Origin: Vicugna vicugna
Taxonomy: Eukaryota
DNA: 64,000 nucleotides
NCBI GenBank assembly: GCA_013265495.1
Contig: MU058423.1
Location: forward strand, 1,937,061-2,001,060
Direction: 5' to 3'
This document shows positions 36,526 to 51,169 of the stretch, one piece after another (the stretch's first letter is position 1; every line of letters starts with the position of its first letter). The notes under the pieces are model-generated. The model was not told the origin of the DNA. It made no database searches and saw nothing but the letters and a program-made list of their open reading frames with translations. Both the position numbers and the translations under genes were made by a program.

Positions 36526-39500
36526 ATAATAGCTCAGTGTATATTTTCTTCTCAGCTACTTATGGAGTTACTTAAAACTATTAAGACACCATTTCTTGCT
36601 GCTCTTTACGAAAATTCCACATGTAAAAGAGGGGTTCATGAAATACTAAAACTCTACCTTATAATACTTTTATGTTTTTAAAGTTCTTTCCCACCTCTTA
36701 TCTCATTAGCATCAAGTCAATACCGTGAGGAAGGTGGACAGGTATTATTATTCCTATTTTATACCTAAAGAACAAAAGAATGAACATCAAGTTATTTGCC
36801 TAAAGTCACAAAGCTAGTCCTCAACAGAGCCAATTCTGAAAACTAATTAACAATACTGATTAGATCATGGCCTCTGGCTTTTCTTTTTTAATGATTCTCT
36901 AAGAGTTTCAAATTTAATAAAAGCAACAATTATACTTAAATAGACAAATAACCTGTGATATTTTTCAAATAATCCAGGCATATTAACATGTGATGTTACG
37001 TTTGTTTGCAAAAAATTAGCTCCCTAGTAAGTAAACTTACCTAACTGTAAAATGTTTTTTCTATATGAGAGGGAAAAAAAACACACATCATGTATTAATA
37101 TTTGATTTTAGATGTTATTTTTAAGAGAGACATAATCCAAACCTGGACAGTGGTTTCTCTGAAGACCCTGATATAAAATCAAACTCCAATACTTTTTTAA
37201 AAAAACCGTAAGTGTTTCTCTTAAAACAGAATCAACTTGTATGAGGCTTTATGTCTACGTATTTGCCTCATTTGGCTGCTCATTTACCACAAATATTTAT
37301 CTAAATGTCTCACATTTATCACCCATGGTCTTAACACACACATACAAATGAAAAACAAGAAAAGTCCTTGGAATCACCTTTAAAATAAATCAGTTTAAAA
37401 TTCATGTTTTATTTCTATGAGGGAGGCTGGCATTACCTAAGATCACTGAGACAAGAATCATTTCTATTAGAAACAAAAGAACCTACTCTCTGGTAAACAG
37501 CAACAGAAGCTAGTATCTTGTAAACTCTACTTCTAACCAAAGTGATCAATAATAACACAGTGAGGCTGTGGAAGGGATGCAGAGAATAAGACACCACAAC
37601 CAATTATCTGGGTTTGCCTGGAAATCAGGGAGTTCCTGAGACTCCCAATTTTAACACCAGGACAAGTTGGCCACCCTTACTAAGAAGTAGAAAGCACATC
37701 TGGATGTCTGGCTATTTGACAGCATGTAGCCAAAAACTAAAGTTTTTTCCTAGCTACCTTTACCCAAAATCACAAATTCAATCTATTTTTACCTCACTCA
37801 AGCTCCAGTAAGCAAACAGAAATGAACAGGATACGCATTAGTACTTAAGGAAGGGAGGCATACATTTTTAATGAGAACCAACTTTTAGGCATTAACTGAC
37901 CAAGGACTTGTGAAGTGAAATTTTAAAAAATGAATTCACTTCCTCTATTGAAAAATTTCCAACTTTCACTTGTATATTATTTTTACAGAACTGATGATTT
38001 GGGCCAAAATAAAGCCAAGATGCCCCACTCTTCGGATTGTGTCAACCAACATTAGTGTTCCTTTAGCAAGGAAAAGAGAAGTCTATCCCTTAAGAATAGT
38101 ATGTCAGGACCAAGGAAATGAAAGATAAGTTCGTAAAGAACAAGAGCTAATATTGCCTTCCTTCAATATCTCAAAGCTAGTCAGAGTTTAGCATAAATTA
38201 TTTACATATACCAACCTGTGGATCAGAGGCGTTTATCACTCTTGATTAAACCATTTCAAGCCTAAATACCCAGCTGTGCAGCACAGTCCTCTGAAGCCAT
38301 AGCAATAAGATGACTCACCAACTGGCAGGTATCTTAGGTTCTACAAATAATGGATGTCTGCCTGGATGAGAACTTATGTATGTGCCCAACAGACGACCTC
38401 ATCCTGCTTGGCTAAGAGAGGAGAGAAGCTAAACAACTGGTCAGTAATACAGCACTTGCTATAAAATGTAAAGAATCAGACTTTGCCCCAGAGAAGAGAC
38501 TTAAAATTCATGCAGACTTTTACACTGTCCTCTGTACATATTTTATATGCCAATTTTCACTTACCAGAAAGGTACAACAGAGTAAGATCTAAGAGGATAA
38601 AAACCAATTTTTATCATCCCCAAATTACATATAACTGAAAGAATCATCGTACTGAGTTCACCACTTCAAGAAATGTGAAGTCAGGGTCATGAGAAAAATA
38701 AATCCATATTTAAACCCTCCTATTACATTTAATGACTTGATGTCAGTTTCCACTTAAGTAAAAACCAGTAGTTCATATATGAGTTCTAGTTCACTAATGT
38801 ACATATCCTTACGTGAAAACTGATACCATGCCACAGTTAATAAGATATGGGTTTATAAATATGGAGTTTAAAAGAAACTTACCCTTTCCCTTTGTGCATC
38901 TCTGACTTCCAACCCAGTTTCTATAGAAACAGGAGGACAAGTGCCAGTGCCAGAAGTCTGCCAATTAGAACTCTCTTTTAGTTGCTGAATAATAAAGCCA
39001 TATCCCAAAGTCGGCTATAGGTTTTTGATTGTCAGTAGTTCCTAAAAAGAAACCCAGGAGGAAAAAAAGACATTTAACCAATTACTATACTTAGAAATGC
39101 TCCCTCCTTTAAACTTGGCTATTAAAATAGAGGAGGTAGATCCACTACCGTGTGTTTTTTTTTTTTAAGTAGGGATTCAGATATCTCTTAACTTAAGAAG
39201 CAGAAAATAGAAGAAAAGTTGTCTCTGAAGGTTCAAAATACCTTTAAACCAATACATAAAGAAAACAATCACTCATTTATCACAGAAATAGAAGTATTTT
39301 CAACCACCAAGTCTTAAAGTTCAGATGAATTCATCCTTTTTGTGGAATGAATTTTCAGTAAGACTGTAACATTGCAGAGGGTAAACACAAACGAAATTTG
39401 TCAGGAGAAATAAATGACATATATAGGTAAGTCTCCACTAAAAAAACAAAAAACAAACAAAAAACAACTCTTATGCCTCAGAAGACATCTATAAATCATA

Positions 39501-40371
39501 AATGAGCCCTAGAAAAGTTTTCTAGAGATGATGGCATTGCTGTGCTTGATGAAAAATCTCCCAAAACACATAGGCCAATTTAAAAAATTTTAAATTATGG
39601 GATGTGAGAATAATCTGGCTGCAATTTCTCACTTTATACTGACATAGTTGCTTGATGAATGTACTTTAGAATCTTTTATCATAAATACTTCTGCATTAAA
39701 AATATTATATCTGTATCTAAACTGATATAGTACAATTTAAAGTATTCTCTGAACATTCATACTGGTCCATCCCCTTTAATATATATGCATCTTAACATTT
39801 ATTATTTGTCACTGTGAACTTTAATCATTCTTATTGCTATGTGAGGAAAATCAGTTTATTAATAAAGTTAAATATCATATTACAGTTAAAAAACAAAGAG
39901 AATTGGGAACCACTCCTCAATCCTGTTCATATCTACCGCCTCGCCTCCATAAGAGAACTCTGAACCTACCTCTACCAAATTTTCTAAATTATGGGGCACC
40001 TATCAGCACAATATCTCAAATATCCTCACCTGTATCTATCAGAAGTAACATATTCTCTCATAATGAAGAGTGGACCAGAACAGAATAGGAGGGAGAGAGA
40101 AAAAAAACGTAAGTGTAACAAAATAATGAAGTACCAAGAAACTAGGATAGACAATAGTAACCCTCCCGTCTTGGTGACAGAGACCTCTCATAATTTTCTG
40201 TTCACTACCTAAGAACTCTTTTGTTCCTACTTTTCTTATTGAAAAGATTTTTTAAATGCTTTAAAGTAAATGTCACTAACTAATGCACAAATCTGAGAAT
40301 TTTATGTATGAGGAATAAGATTTTCATCACCCATTTTTACTACACAAAATTTTATGTGTCTACATCTTAAG

Positions 40372-40810
40372 CCATGCTTCTCAAACTTTCAAGTACATAG
40401 GGATCACCTGGGCATCACATTCTATTCAGTGGGTCTGACTGAGGCCTTGCAATTCTAATACTGCTGGTCTGAGGACCACACTTTCAACAGCAGAAACTCT
40501 AGAAGACTAAGCAATATACATACTGTACTTAACCCAAAATACACTCTCAAAGTTTTTGCTTTTGATTTTTAAACAGTCTTTAAGAGGCTGATTGTGTGTT
40601 GGTCAGCATGTTTAAGATTTGTCTCCAAAGCCAGCAGTTCTCAACCCTAGCTACATATTAGAATCACCTGGGCACTTAAAACACCACCAGAGCCTTGGCA
40701 GAGCCCCACTATACCTAGATCGATTTAAGTAAATCGCTGAGAGTCCCAGCTATTGGCATTAAAAAGTTCCTAAGATGATTCTAATGTGTAGCCAGGTTTG
40801 AGATCTCTGC
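40372..40810. mobile_element. Two MER5-type (hAT-Charlie) MITE relics, about 40372-40500 and 40632-40810
   Basis: cagcagttctcaac...cattagaatcacctgg...gattctaatgtgtagccaggtttgaga motifs. A third similar copy lies at about 42680-42870. Confidence 0.7.
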
Positions 40811-43800
40811 TACAAAATGCAGAAAATTCTAAGGTGTCTAGTTTATTGAAATGTTTCTCTATAAAAGAATATACACAAACTAAATGCTTATCTTGAGGGT
40901 CATGTAAAACTGACAATTTCTGTATACTAAAATAAAAATTTTATGAAACAATTTTCCCAATATGCCTTAAAATACGTGATAAAAAAATAAATATGTATAT
41001 GGTACCTCAAAGTGTTACTTTTACCTGTAGTAATAGTTCTACCCTGGACACTGATGTATTAACAAGCTTATACATTAAAGTTTTTCATTAAGCCCCTTTC
41101 TTGGGAAAAAGGAAATCTGTTGGTCACCCGATAAAGGTCAGATACCAATTCAGCACTTAAAAATTGTATACACACATCTTTCTGGTTTGCACAGGGTGAC
41201 AGCCATTCCACAGAAAGACCTTCTAAATTGATTTTCAGTATGGAAGTATGATGCCACTAGAAAAATTAAAAGTTATGAAATATAGAAAATATAGTCAGTA
41301 TGTTACAGCAGAAACTATATGTGACTACAGTGTAAACTGTCATGACAGTTTGTTGAAAGCAGAAAGAATCAAAAATGACATGTTGAGAAAACGAGAATGT
41401 ACGGGAGGAAGCCCTCAGGGTGGCCAACAATTATGAGCCTGAAGAAGAAATAAAATCTCTACTACAGTATTTAAACAAAGGAACACTGCTTATCTCTGAG
41501 CAAGAATATATTCACAGCCTCATAGAGAATCTGAAATGCTAATTTATCTTTGAAAGAAACATTATTTTTGACTTGTAAATGGTTGAAAGATTTCCTGTTT
41601 TGAATTACAGTGTCTTCAATCTGTATAGCTGATTAAGTAATTCTTCAAATATATGGGTACATATTATATACCAGGTACTATTCTAGATCTTGGGAATAAT
41701 TGACAGAAATCTGAAATAAATTTATATGCTACTTTCCTGAGACAGGACATCAAATCTAGATCAAATCACTTCATTCCCCTGTTTAAAACCTCCAACTGCT
41801 TTCCACTGCATTCAGCTTCAGAATACAGTCTAAACCCTCTGTCCTTAGCAACAAGACCCTAACTTAGTGTACTACCTCCCTTCTATCAGAATATAAGCTC
41901 CATGAGAAATAAGAAACTTGTCTTTTTTCTTCACCAATATACTCCCACAATCTAGAATACTGCTTGGTAGGTACCTAAATATTTGAAGAACTTAAATAAT
42001 TAGCTACATCAAAGATAAACTTTGTATAGATAATTCAAAATAAGAAATCTTTCAACCATTTACAAGTCAAAGATACATTCAACTTTACCTATAATTCCAT
42101 TGTGTCTCAATCCTTTAGTAACTTAGTTAGAAGGTAGTAGACATGGTTCATTTGTAGAAAACAATTTACATGTGTACATACACATATACTCACTCAATCC
42201 TAGAATCACTGTCATTTTTAAGATAGACTACAATCACACTATTTTTTAGATTAACTGAAAACTCAAGGATATCTCAATCAGCTAGCTTCTGGCTGTGTAC
42301 TCCTTAGCCAAGTCACACAACTCTTCTGGTATACCTTTACATTTCATAAACTAAACAGTGGCCCTTCTTCACAGACTGTTATAAGGCAAATTTAAATACT
42401 AAGCTAGATTGAATTCCTGGGAAAAATAATTACATGATTATAAAACTATTACTTAAGTGACAATTTTAAGTGATAAATTCCATGGCATTTACAGTTTCAT
42501 TCTGCTTGTCTCTGCAACAGCTTTGAATTTATCTTCTGGAAGCTCCTCCTCTCAGCTTCAGAATCTGAACACTATTCCGGCTCCCCTACCTGAGCCTCTT
42601 TTCCAGCACCATATTCCCTTCCCATGCCTTAAATGGGACGTTACCCCAAGTTTACACCTCAACACTCTACTCTCTGTGGTCCAGTGTTGCTCAACATGTG
42701 GACTGACCAAAGACTACATCAGAATTACCTGAGGAGCATGTAAAAGAACAAAGACTCCTGGGCCATGCTGGCCTTAACAAATCCCAGAATGTCTCGGGTT
42801 AGAGCCAAGGGCCTATATGTTTCCCAAGAACCCCAAATGCTGATACACTATAGTTTGAAATCCTCTGTCCAGACATTTTCTCAAGTTTGCAGATTTCATC
42901 TCATTCCAATCTCCCCAAATAATTTAGTAAGCTATGACAGTACAGTGACCAAGAGCCCTAGCTAGAACAAAAGCCTGGTTAGAACCCTGGCTCTATCACT
43001 TCCAGCTATCAGACTGTGATCCATGGTGAAACCTGGAAGAGACAATGTGTGGATAGGGCTTGGCAGAATGTTTGGCCTTAAGTATTTAATAAATGATTGA
43101 TATTATCAGTCCTGTTGCTTTACAGTAGCATGCCTCCAACTGACTATCCGTCCTCATTTCCCACCTAAAACTGCCTTGCCTATCAGGATTCCCTATTTTT
43201 GTTGACTCAACCATATTGCTAGTTTTCTAGGCTCCGCCTGCATCCTTTCCCTTCATGAACAAACTGTTTTATTATCATTCATTCCTGTCTGCTTGACATC
43301 GCAATCCCAATCTCCCTCCACCATTCCATATTCTTCTCCAACTAATACATTATTTTGTAAAGCCTTTCTTGACCATCCCAGCTTAAAGTAAATTGTTCAT
43401 ATATCCATGCATATACCCGTATCACCTGTAAAAATCCATTAGCAATTGATCAAATACTGGCCTGTGTCATATCTCCCATAGCTGTCTTAAACTGTGAACT
43501 TCCCCTGATATTTAACTATATATCTGTTTGTATCTAGCTTCTCCAATTAGAGTACAAGTTGCTGACAGGGGTAGAGACTGTTTGATGCTTTCTTCTGTAT
43601 GCTCAGCATCTTAGTTCTTAAACAGACAGCCAGCATTCAATTTATACAGGAAGCCAACCTGAATGCTTAATACATTTCACAGCATTTGGCTATAGAAACA
43701 TGTTAAGTAATTCTACCTCAAGACCAAAATCTTTTTTTGGTTGCTTCTTAGCAACAATCTTTCTGAGGTTTGAAGGAATTTTGTTATTCAATAAAACTCC

Positions 43801-46783
43801 TCTGCTAAGAACTTAGAACTAGGCTATAATTCAAGTTTTTAAGTAGAAAGGTCTTTTAACCAGGAAAGCTTAAAGAGCAAACTGAAATGGGAAATGGAGG
43901 TGATGTTCAGATAAACCATAACCATATATCCTATCGCAAAAAGAAAAACAGATGTAGTACAAGTGCCTCAGATAAATAGCTTGTAAACAAAAATGTGACT
44001 TCAACTACAGAAGTGGCAGTTTATAAAATCTAGGTTGTTTTACTAAAGTTGAAGTAATCCCCACTTTGAATCTTAATACAACCAGACTTTTCAAAGTGAG
44101 CACAAGTCAACTCAAGAGGTTTTCTTGTAACTATTTCCTTTATAATAGAGTCCTAAATTTAGATCATACAAAAGACACTGGAAAACCACACAAATAACTC
44201 AAAAGGGCAGTTTCAAGTTTATAAAACCAGAACTCTAGATCTAACATTCAACCCAATTAACATTTTTCTTCATGGTGCAGCTTGAAATAAAATGATTTCG
44301 TAAGTAGTTTCAAAAAACTGTCATGCTATGTACATATCCATTTTGCATGACATGATTTCGTATACAAATAAACAAATGTCCTGTATACAACATCTTTTTC
44401 TTGCTTTTGAGAGGTGAAGCCTGAGACCTTAGAAAGACACCAAACATGTAGAAACATGTAGGAAGCGTAACACAGTCTTCCTCAAATTGCTATGGTGACT
44501 TTAAATATTTTTTTACTAATTGGAAAAACTACTTAATGGGCTTTCAGTATGGACTAGCCAGAGAAAAGAAAACACACTGGAAATGAACATTTCCGACAGG
44601 TATAAACTGTTTAAAGAAATGTGCATGAGATCATTTAGCAATGCTAACTCATAAATGGCAGCCAACTCATAAGCAGATGTTTTTAAAATTCTTGTAAATG
44701 ACATACCGAGAACCTGAAAACCACTGTACTTCACTTTTCCCCTCTGGAACGAGACAAACAACAAAAGTTTCATGAAAAAGAAAAATTCTTTTCAAAATTT
44801 TTGATCCCATTTAAAATAAAGCAAGGAAATCTAAGTTGTATTATACACTAAAAAAGTTGTACTTGTTTTAAGTTGCCAAAGCCCACATTTGATTAATGTC
44901 AGAGGGACTGGAAGGGCTCAGGACGCTGGTAGGACTAAACAGACCATGACAATGTTAAAAAAAAAAAAAAAAAGTTAATTTTTTTTAAGTCAGATTTTTC
45001 TCAACACTTCCCATTCACTTCCCTAAAGCTCACTGTGGCTAATTTTATAATTAAATAAATCTCCTTGTGGGGAAAAGAAAAAACTAACCATTTTCGCTAA
45101 ATTATCTATCATTCCCAGTCTGACAGTATACTTTTTTTTTTTGCTATATACTAAAATCTAAACTTGGAGGTTTAAAATCAGTGTTTGTAACAAGCAACAT
45201 TTTTATACCAGTTAAGTTCTTCCAGCATCAACAAATCACCACCAACGGTTAAAGTTATGGTTAACAGAAAATGTCAAAATTCTGTAGATCCAAATCTATA
45301 ACCAAGATTTTAATACTTTGGCTCCCACATCAAAAGAATTTTTCAAATGGTAAAATAAATTTTAAAACTTAAAAAAAATTAAAATACCAAGCAGAACAAA
45401 AGTCCAGTCCCCCAACTTTGTTAATGCAACACTTCGGTGAGAGAAGGAAGCCAGTAACAGCAACAGAGTGCCTAAAGACTTCCCGTCAAGAAACATACCC
45501 CCAAAACATTAAAAGCCCTCACCCTATTAATCATAATGCATTTTTTGACCTCTAAAAACCCTCTTACCTGTTACAAGAGTTTATACAGCTGTTTGCCACT
45601 GGAACACCACCTTGCAGAGTATAAGCGTGGCATCCTTTGTTGATAATCACCTGTTGCCTAAGAAAGCATCATCCCGTATGGAGACAGACAGCACTAGGGC
45701 TCTTCCATCCGAGGTTAAAATTCAAAACAAGCCCAACAAGCCTGCATTTCAAGGTGGTCTTCGTCTTTTAACTAGTTAAGTTTAAAACTGGCAAACAACA
45801 GTGGTGTCTGAAGCCAAAGGTGCAGCACTGCTGGCTTCCTCTTGAACTCCAGCGTTGTCACTGTGCACCGAAGTCTCCTGCTGCAAACAGGGGAGTTGTT
45901 CTCCTGTACTGGAAACAGCTTCCAAAGCTCAGGAGCCCCTGTACAGGATAATGCAGGAACTAAAGGCAAATACTTTTTCCTCCTTAAGGATGCCTCCATT
46001 TTTTCCTCACAATCTGTACTACCAACCGAAGTGACCGGGCCTGAGTGTGCGTTCGTACCTATGAAACCGTCACGGTGCATGCACATCCAAGGCATGTGGA
46101 ACCACAGGTCAAATAAGGCACAGATACCAAGTAACGGTTCTAATTACAAACGCTAGCTCTCAGGAACTCTTCATCCATTCAGACTAAACCCATCACTGCA
46201 TAACTCTGGTGAGAAGCCCCTGGAGATGGAGGAGCTCCTCAAATGTGTCAGGAAAGGCTTTATTAACATCATCATTAACATTTAAAAAGCAAGCGGAGCA
46301 TTTCTCCTTCTTTTGGCAATTTGGTGCAAATGTTAAGTGCAAGATAAAGCAATTTCAAACTTCTCTTCAAATTAAAAATGAAACTAAGGCCAAACGTGAT
46401 GGGTGAACAAAATAAATCAAAACTTAAATTTCAGCAACTCCGGCTCTTCAAACCAGCAAAGCCCCCGACTTGTGCACTGTGGTGAGGCTTAGCGGTGCTT
46501 GCCCCGGCTTCTTGTGTGCCAGCAAACAGCACCATTTCCCCATCACGTTGAGGACTGAGAAGCAAAGGATCCCCTTCACTGCAAACAAAGGGGGTCACAG
46601 TAACACTAGTGATCCTTCAGAATCGACACACTGTGATAGTCAAAATGATGGTCTCCTTGCTTCTTGCTCAAGACAGACAAGATCTGAGCAGCAGCAAGTA
46701 CCCCCTCGGCTGCAAACAAAGGGGTCAAAGGTTTGCCGTCAATTCACTTCCAGGCAGAAAAACATTTTCCTCAAAAGAAACAA

Positions 46784-46789
46784 TTTATT
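46784..46789 (-). terminator. RBM15 proximal polyadenylation signal
   Basis: Minus-strand AATAAA about 320 nt after the terminal-exon stop. Confidence 0.7.
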
Positions 46790-47106
46790 TAGAATAAAAC
46801 AAAAGCAGCTCAACTGTGAGCGCACGTTTGAGTGACAGCTACTTTTAAGCTGTGTGAGCCATAAAAAGGGTTTTTCTTTACTTTTCCAGAAATCTTGTGT
46901 ACACAGCACAAAGCAAGGTCATTTTTTCCACTTAAAACACCGGCATTGGCATCACAATAGCAGATACACAACTTTAAGCTGCCATTTTAGTAAAATGCAC
47001 AAATACTAAACAGATTAGCTTTCTTCCATCAAGAGGCCCATGTAAACTCCACATAGGCCACAACTTCTCTTCAAAAAGGTCCATTAGAGCTTTGAATTCC
47101 ATATCT

Positions 47107-47129
47107 TCATCCGTTGTTCACCAGTTTTG
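47107..47129 (-). CDS. RBM15: RBM15 terminal exon, coding part (isoform ending ...VRAKLVNNG*)
   Basis: Acceptor ttttttcccccccgcaag|CAAAACTGGTG. Spliced in phase 1 to the donor at 51181 it gives AKLVNNG*, like the mouse AKLVNSG end as I recall it. Confidence 0.85.
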
Positions 47130-47780
47130 CTTGCGGGGGGGGAAAAAAGGTTATTCAGTACAAATGTTTACAATATTAAAAATATATATATTTCCCCTAT
47201 GCCATTATAGATGAACATAACGTTAACAAGACCTTCCTGGAAAGTTCACCTTGACTTCAAAAAGCACCAATAATACCCACTGACACACACCTTGAAATGA
47301 ATTTACCGTATGAATAGACAACAAGTAGAATAGGGTGGATTTTTTTTAAAGACTGCAATTAAGTGAGGATTATAGGACTGAAAATATCCTTTGTACTCAT
47401 GTAACTGAGTAAAACGTCAAAATAATTTTCAGAAAAAGCAAGTGTATAATCAATTTATAATCAATATCTTCTAAATATAACTTAAAAGATGAAACTATAA
47501 AAAGGTGGAGTTTAGTCAAATTTTACCCCCTCTATCTTCATTCTGTAAATTATACGGAGCAATTCAGACTTAACTCCGTTATTGTAGAAAGGGGTCAAGG
47601 TACAAAGCCTTTTAAAAATCCACCTTCATCTGTGTTACCAAAGACAGCAGCTGTTATTTTAAGAAAACACTCATACAAATAATTGCTAAACAGCTAAAGA
47701 ACACTGTAGACTTTTACATTCCAACTCTGTTTACACCATACATATAAAACTCATTAGTCTTGACAGTTCACCGTGGTTAC

Positions 47781-47895
47781 CTGAAATCCTTTCTCCCTTT
47801 GGGCACATCACTACAACCATCACTAAAACCAGCATGTTAACAGGGTCAGCTGCTCTTCTTGTTCTTATACCTAACTCCTATCTCAAAACCAGATG
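47781..47895 (-). CDS. RBM15: RBM15 alternative cassette exon (115 nt; coding 47895-47846, ...VRASGFEIGVRYKNKKSS*)
   Basis: Acceptor tttttttttctgtctctgccacag and donor TTTCAG|gtaacc. Peptide resembles the human long-isoform tail GFGFQIGVRYENKK as I recall it. Confidence 0.8.
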
Positions 47896-50800
47896 CTGTG
47901 GCAGAGACAGAAAAAAAAAATGCCCAGGAATTCCCTCCAAAAATTGTCTCACAAAAAAGGTCATTAAGGCCCTCTTCTCGAGAGGATTTCCCAGTTCTGT
48001 TACCACAGAGTTTTTGGTGAATGGCTCCTATACGGACCCAAACTGCAGTTCAAGCTGCACCTGCATAATGAGCAATTTCACTCTGAAGAAAGTGGATTTA
48101 AAATTAAAGAAACAAGAAACAACAAAAAACTGTCAGTGAAAATCTGCTCATAAATAGGTTCTAAATAAACCTAAACAAGTGTTCGACTCTGAAAGCAACA
48201 AACACACATCTTACTTTTACTACTGTACCTCAAAAGATCCAACTGAATTAAGAAGGGCCAGAGTGTATTACCTTCAAAATATGACAAAAGCTTATACCAG
48301 CCAGAGGATGGAGATTTTTAGACGTAATACTTAAAAGGGAAAACTCAATCAACTCTCAATTGAGAGTCAAAGTATACATCTCAAACCAGGAATTTAAATT
48401 TTGGTGAGGAAAACTCTTTATAGGAATCCCAGGTACAACCAACAAAATTATATTTTTTTAAAAAACTGGCTAGAAGCTAAATGATTGCTTAATTTTTCAT
48501 AAACTTTGAAACTGTGATCTAAAAATCTTAATTAGCTTGATGGGTTTTTTTACCAGTAATACTGAATAAGTCATTTAATGATATACTGTAGAAATTCTTT
48601 CCATTCATTTGAATTGAGATCCAGAAAAGTCAATTAAACAAATACATATTTTTTCAAGTAAAAGAAACAACTGGTTGTTACCAAGAACTTCGAATGTTGA
48701 GATTATGAAATTCTAGCTAATGAGAATTAGAACCAGATAATTTTACTTTTGCTTTCATTCCACTCTGAAGCTTTAAGTAGTTCACCAATATTACAAACCT
48801 GCACAACAGAATGGGCAACACAAGTAAGAGATTCATCTGAATGATGGCACTCTGTAGGTAAGCACCAAACTAAACATAATTAGTTATAATACATACATTT
48901 AGAAATGGTATCAAGCCATTGTTTCAAAAACACTGAAGCACAAATTGCCCAGATCTAACAAAAGCCGCGATGTCAGATAAAGATTCAAACAAACATGGAG
49001 CAAAAAGCACAGTACTCTTCAGTAAGCTGTCACGTCAACTTTAAAAAAAAGAAGAAAAGAAGAAAAAAAGAAGAAAAAGCCACACACACTCTGGATTAGA
49101 GTAAAATTAAATGTCATGGACTTCACTCTCTAAGAGTAAAATCATTTGTCCAGCCATCTTATCAAAAGATATTCAAAAGTTAATGGTTAGTGAGATTATT
49201 CAAACTGGAAAAATGTATCTAGCCACAAATTGTACTCTGACCCCATGTATGCACAGATTGCGCACTTGCACTAGTCTCTGAACAGGTGTCTACTCCATAT
49301 TAGCATATCAAGCACAGCTTTTTAAAAACAAAAAGACCAAAAGCCTTAATTGTAGGATTTCAAGAATTTACCCTACAGGCATACCAAGAACTTTTGTGCA
49401 GACAGCCTTGTATATTTCTTCTCTCAAAATGGCTAGTTTTTCCAGTTTAAAAACAAAACAAAACAAAAAAACCCAAAAACCTCCAAATTTAAAAAGGAAA
49501 TTTATAAATGTATAGTGAAAACCAAAAAGGATGACACAGCAGTGATGAGGCTTTCATGCTGACATGCATTACACCTGTCATAACAGACAATTAAAAATTA
49601 CATGACGTTTCCCTGGGTTATTATTGGTGCTATTTCAAAACTATCAGCTTTGATAACAGAAAGAAAACAGTTGGGTTCTGCCAGGCTTTCAATAAGTCAC
49701 TTACACAGAATAGAAACATGACCATGATCCAAAGGTCCTCAAGTTTCTAATCATAACTAAATATCAATGGCCTTAGCTCAAGTTCTCAGCATTTAAATCA
49801 AGGGGGGAAATATACTTACAAATGACCTGAGAAACTAGGGGTGGAGGTGGCTGGGTAGATGAAAAAAGACAAACAAGAAAATCACCCACTAAGCAGCAAA
49901 AGCCCTTGTTAGGAACCAGAAGTTGATATAATCTTCAGTTCTGATAAAAACTGTGAGGATGGGCTGAAGTATTTTGTAAGAATTCCAGGTGTCTGGGAAA
50001 ATTAAACATTTCAATTCTCTGCAGTTAGACACCAGTGAAAATATGCAACACAAAATTTCAAAGATATTCAAAACATTTTCAGTAATGTAAAGTCATCAAT
50101 ACTGTTCAAATATGAAAATAAAAATACAAGCAAAATTTTAAAAGAGCATTTGTCAAAGGCATGTTATGATGACTTAAAAAAATTTCGCAGATATGGCTGA
50201 TTAATGCCCACTGAAACAAAAGATGACTTATGAGCCTGCAGACAACTCTTCTTTCTATTATTGAAATCAGGAATTTGAATGGATACAAAAATAAAAACTC
50301 ATCTCTGATGAAAAACACAAGTTTTGAAATATGCACAATTAAATCAGAACTGTACCTGCTAAATGTCTCTGAGAAAGTCAGTAAAAACACCACCACACAC
50401 CAATAACTGACCAAAGAATTCTGATTTTAAAAGCACCTACTCACTTCCTGCATACTAGTGTAAGCATAAGACATACGTGGTTTGTAACATACTCCTCAAT
50501 TTTTGCTGAACAGTTACAGCTACAAACCAAAAGTGCATATACGGGATACAGAACTCGAGAACTAATGATAAAAATGGTATGTGAAAGCAAACTCTCTGGG
50601 AATAAGCCATGTATCTGTAGAGAAACACTCAAATGCTTGATTAAAATAATCATAATGCTATACAATCTACCAGCTGATACTTCTGAGACCCCTGACCAAA
50701 TTTCAGCCACACAAGTAACATTTCAGGTATAGGAATTATTTACCTACATCACCAATCGAGCCATTTTTAGGTGTATATTGTTTTATATCGTCAGTGGGCT

Positions 50801-51169
50801 TTGTTCTCCAAATCTTGACTTTTCAAATTTTTCGTTTTGTAACTTTGAGGATTTTTTTTAAGCTCAAGGTTAAAAAAGAAAAAAGCTGAGAAAAAGAGGG
50901 AAAGTTACTCATAAGAGTGGGAACTCCTAATTAAGGTAAATTCATCTGCCTGCCTGCCTACCTTCAGGGCATCCCTTTCACTTAAAATAATAGCTAAACT
51001 CTCCTGACTTCTATTTTAAAGAGGTTTATAAAAATATAAAAAAAAAGAAAGAAAACAGAAAAAAGCTACAACTAAACAACTAAAAAGAAAATTTCATCTT
51101 ATGCTGTATCCCATTACACATCACAAAACAACCATTTCAAAGTACTAAATACAAGTTACACATGGACTT

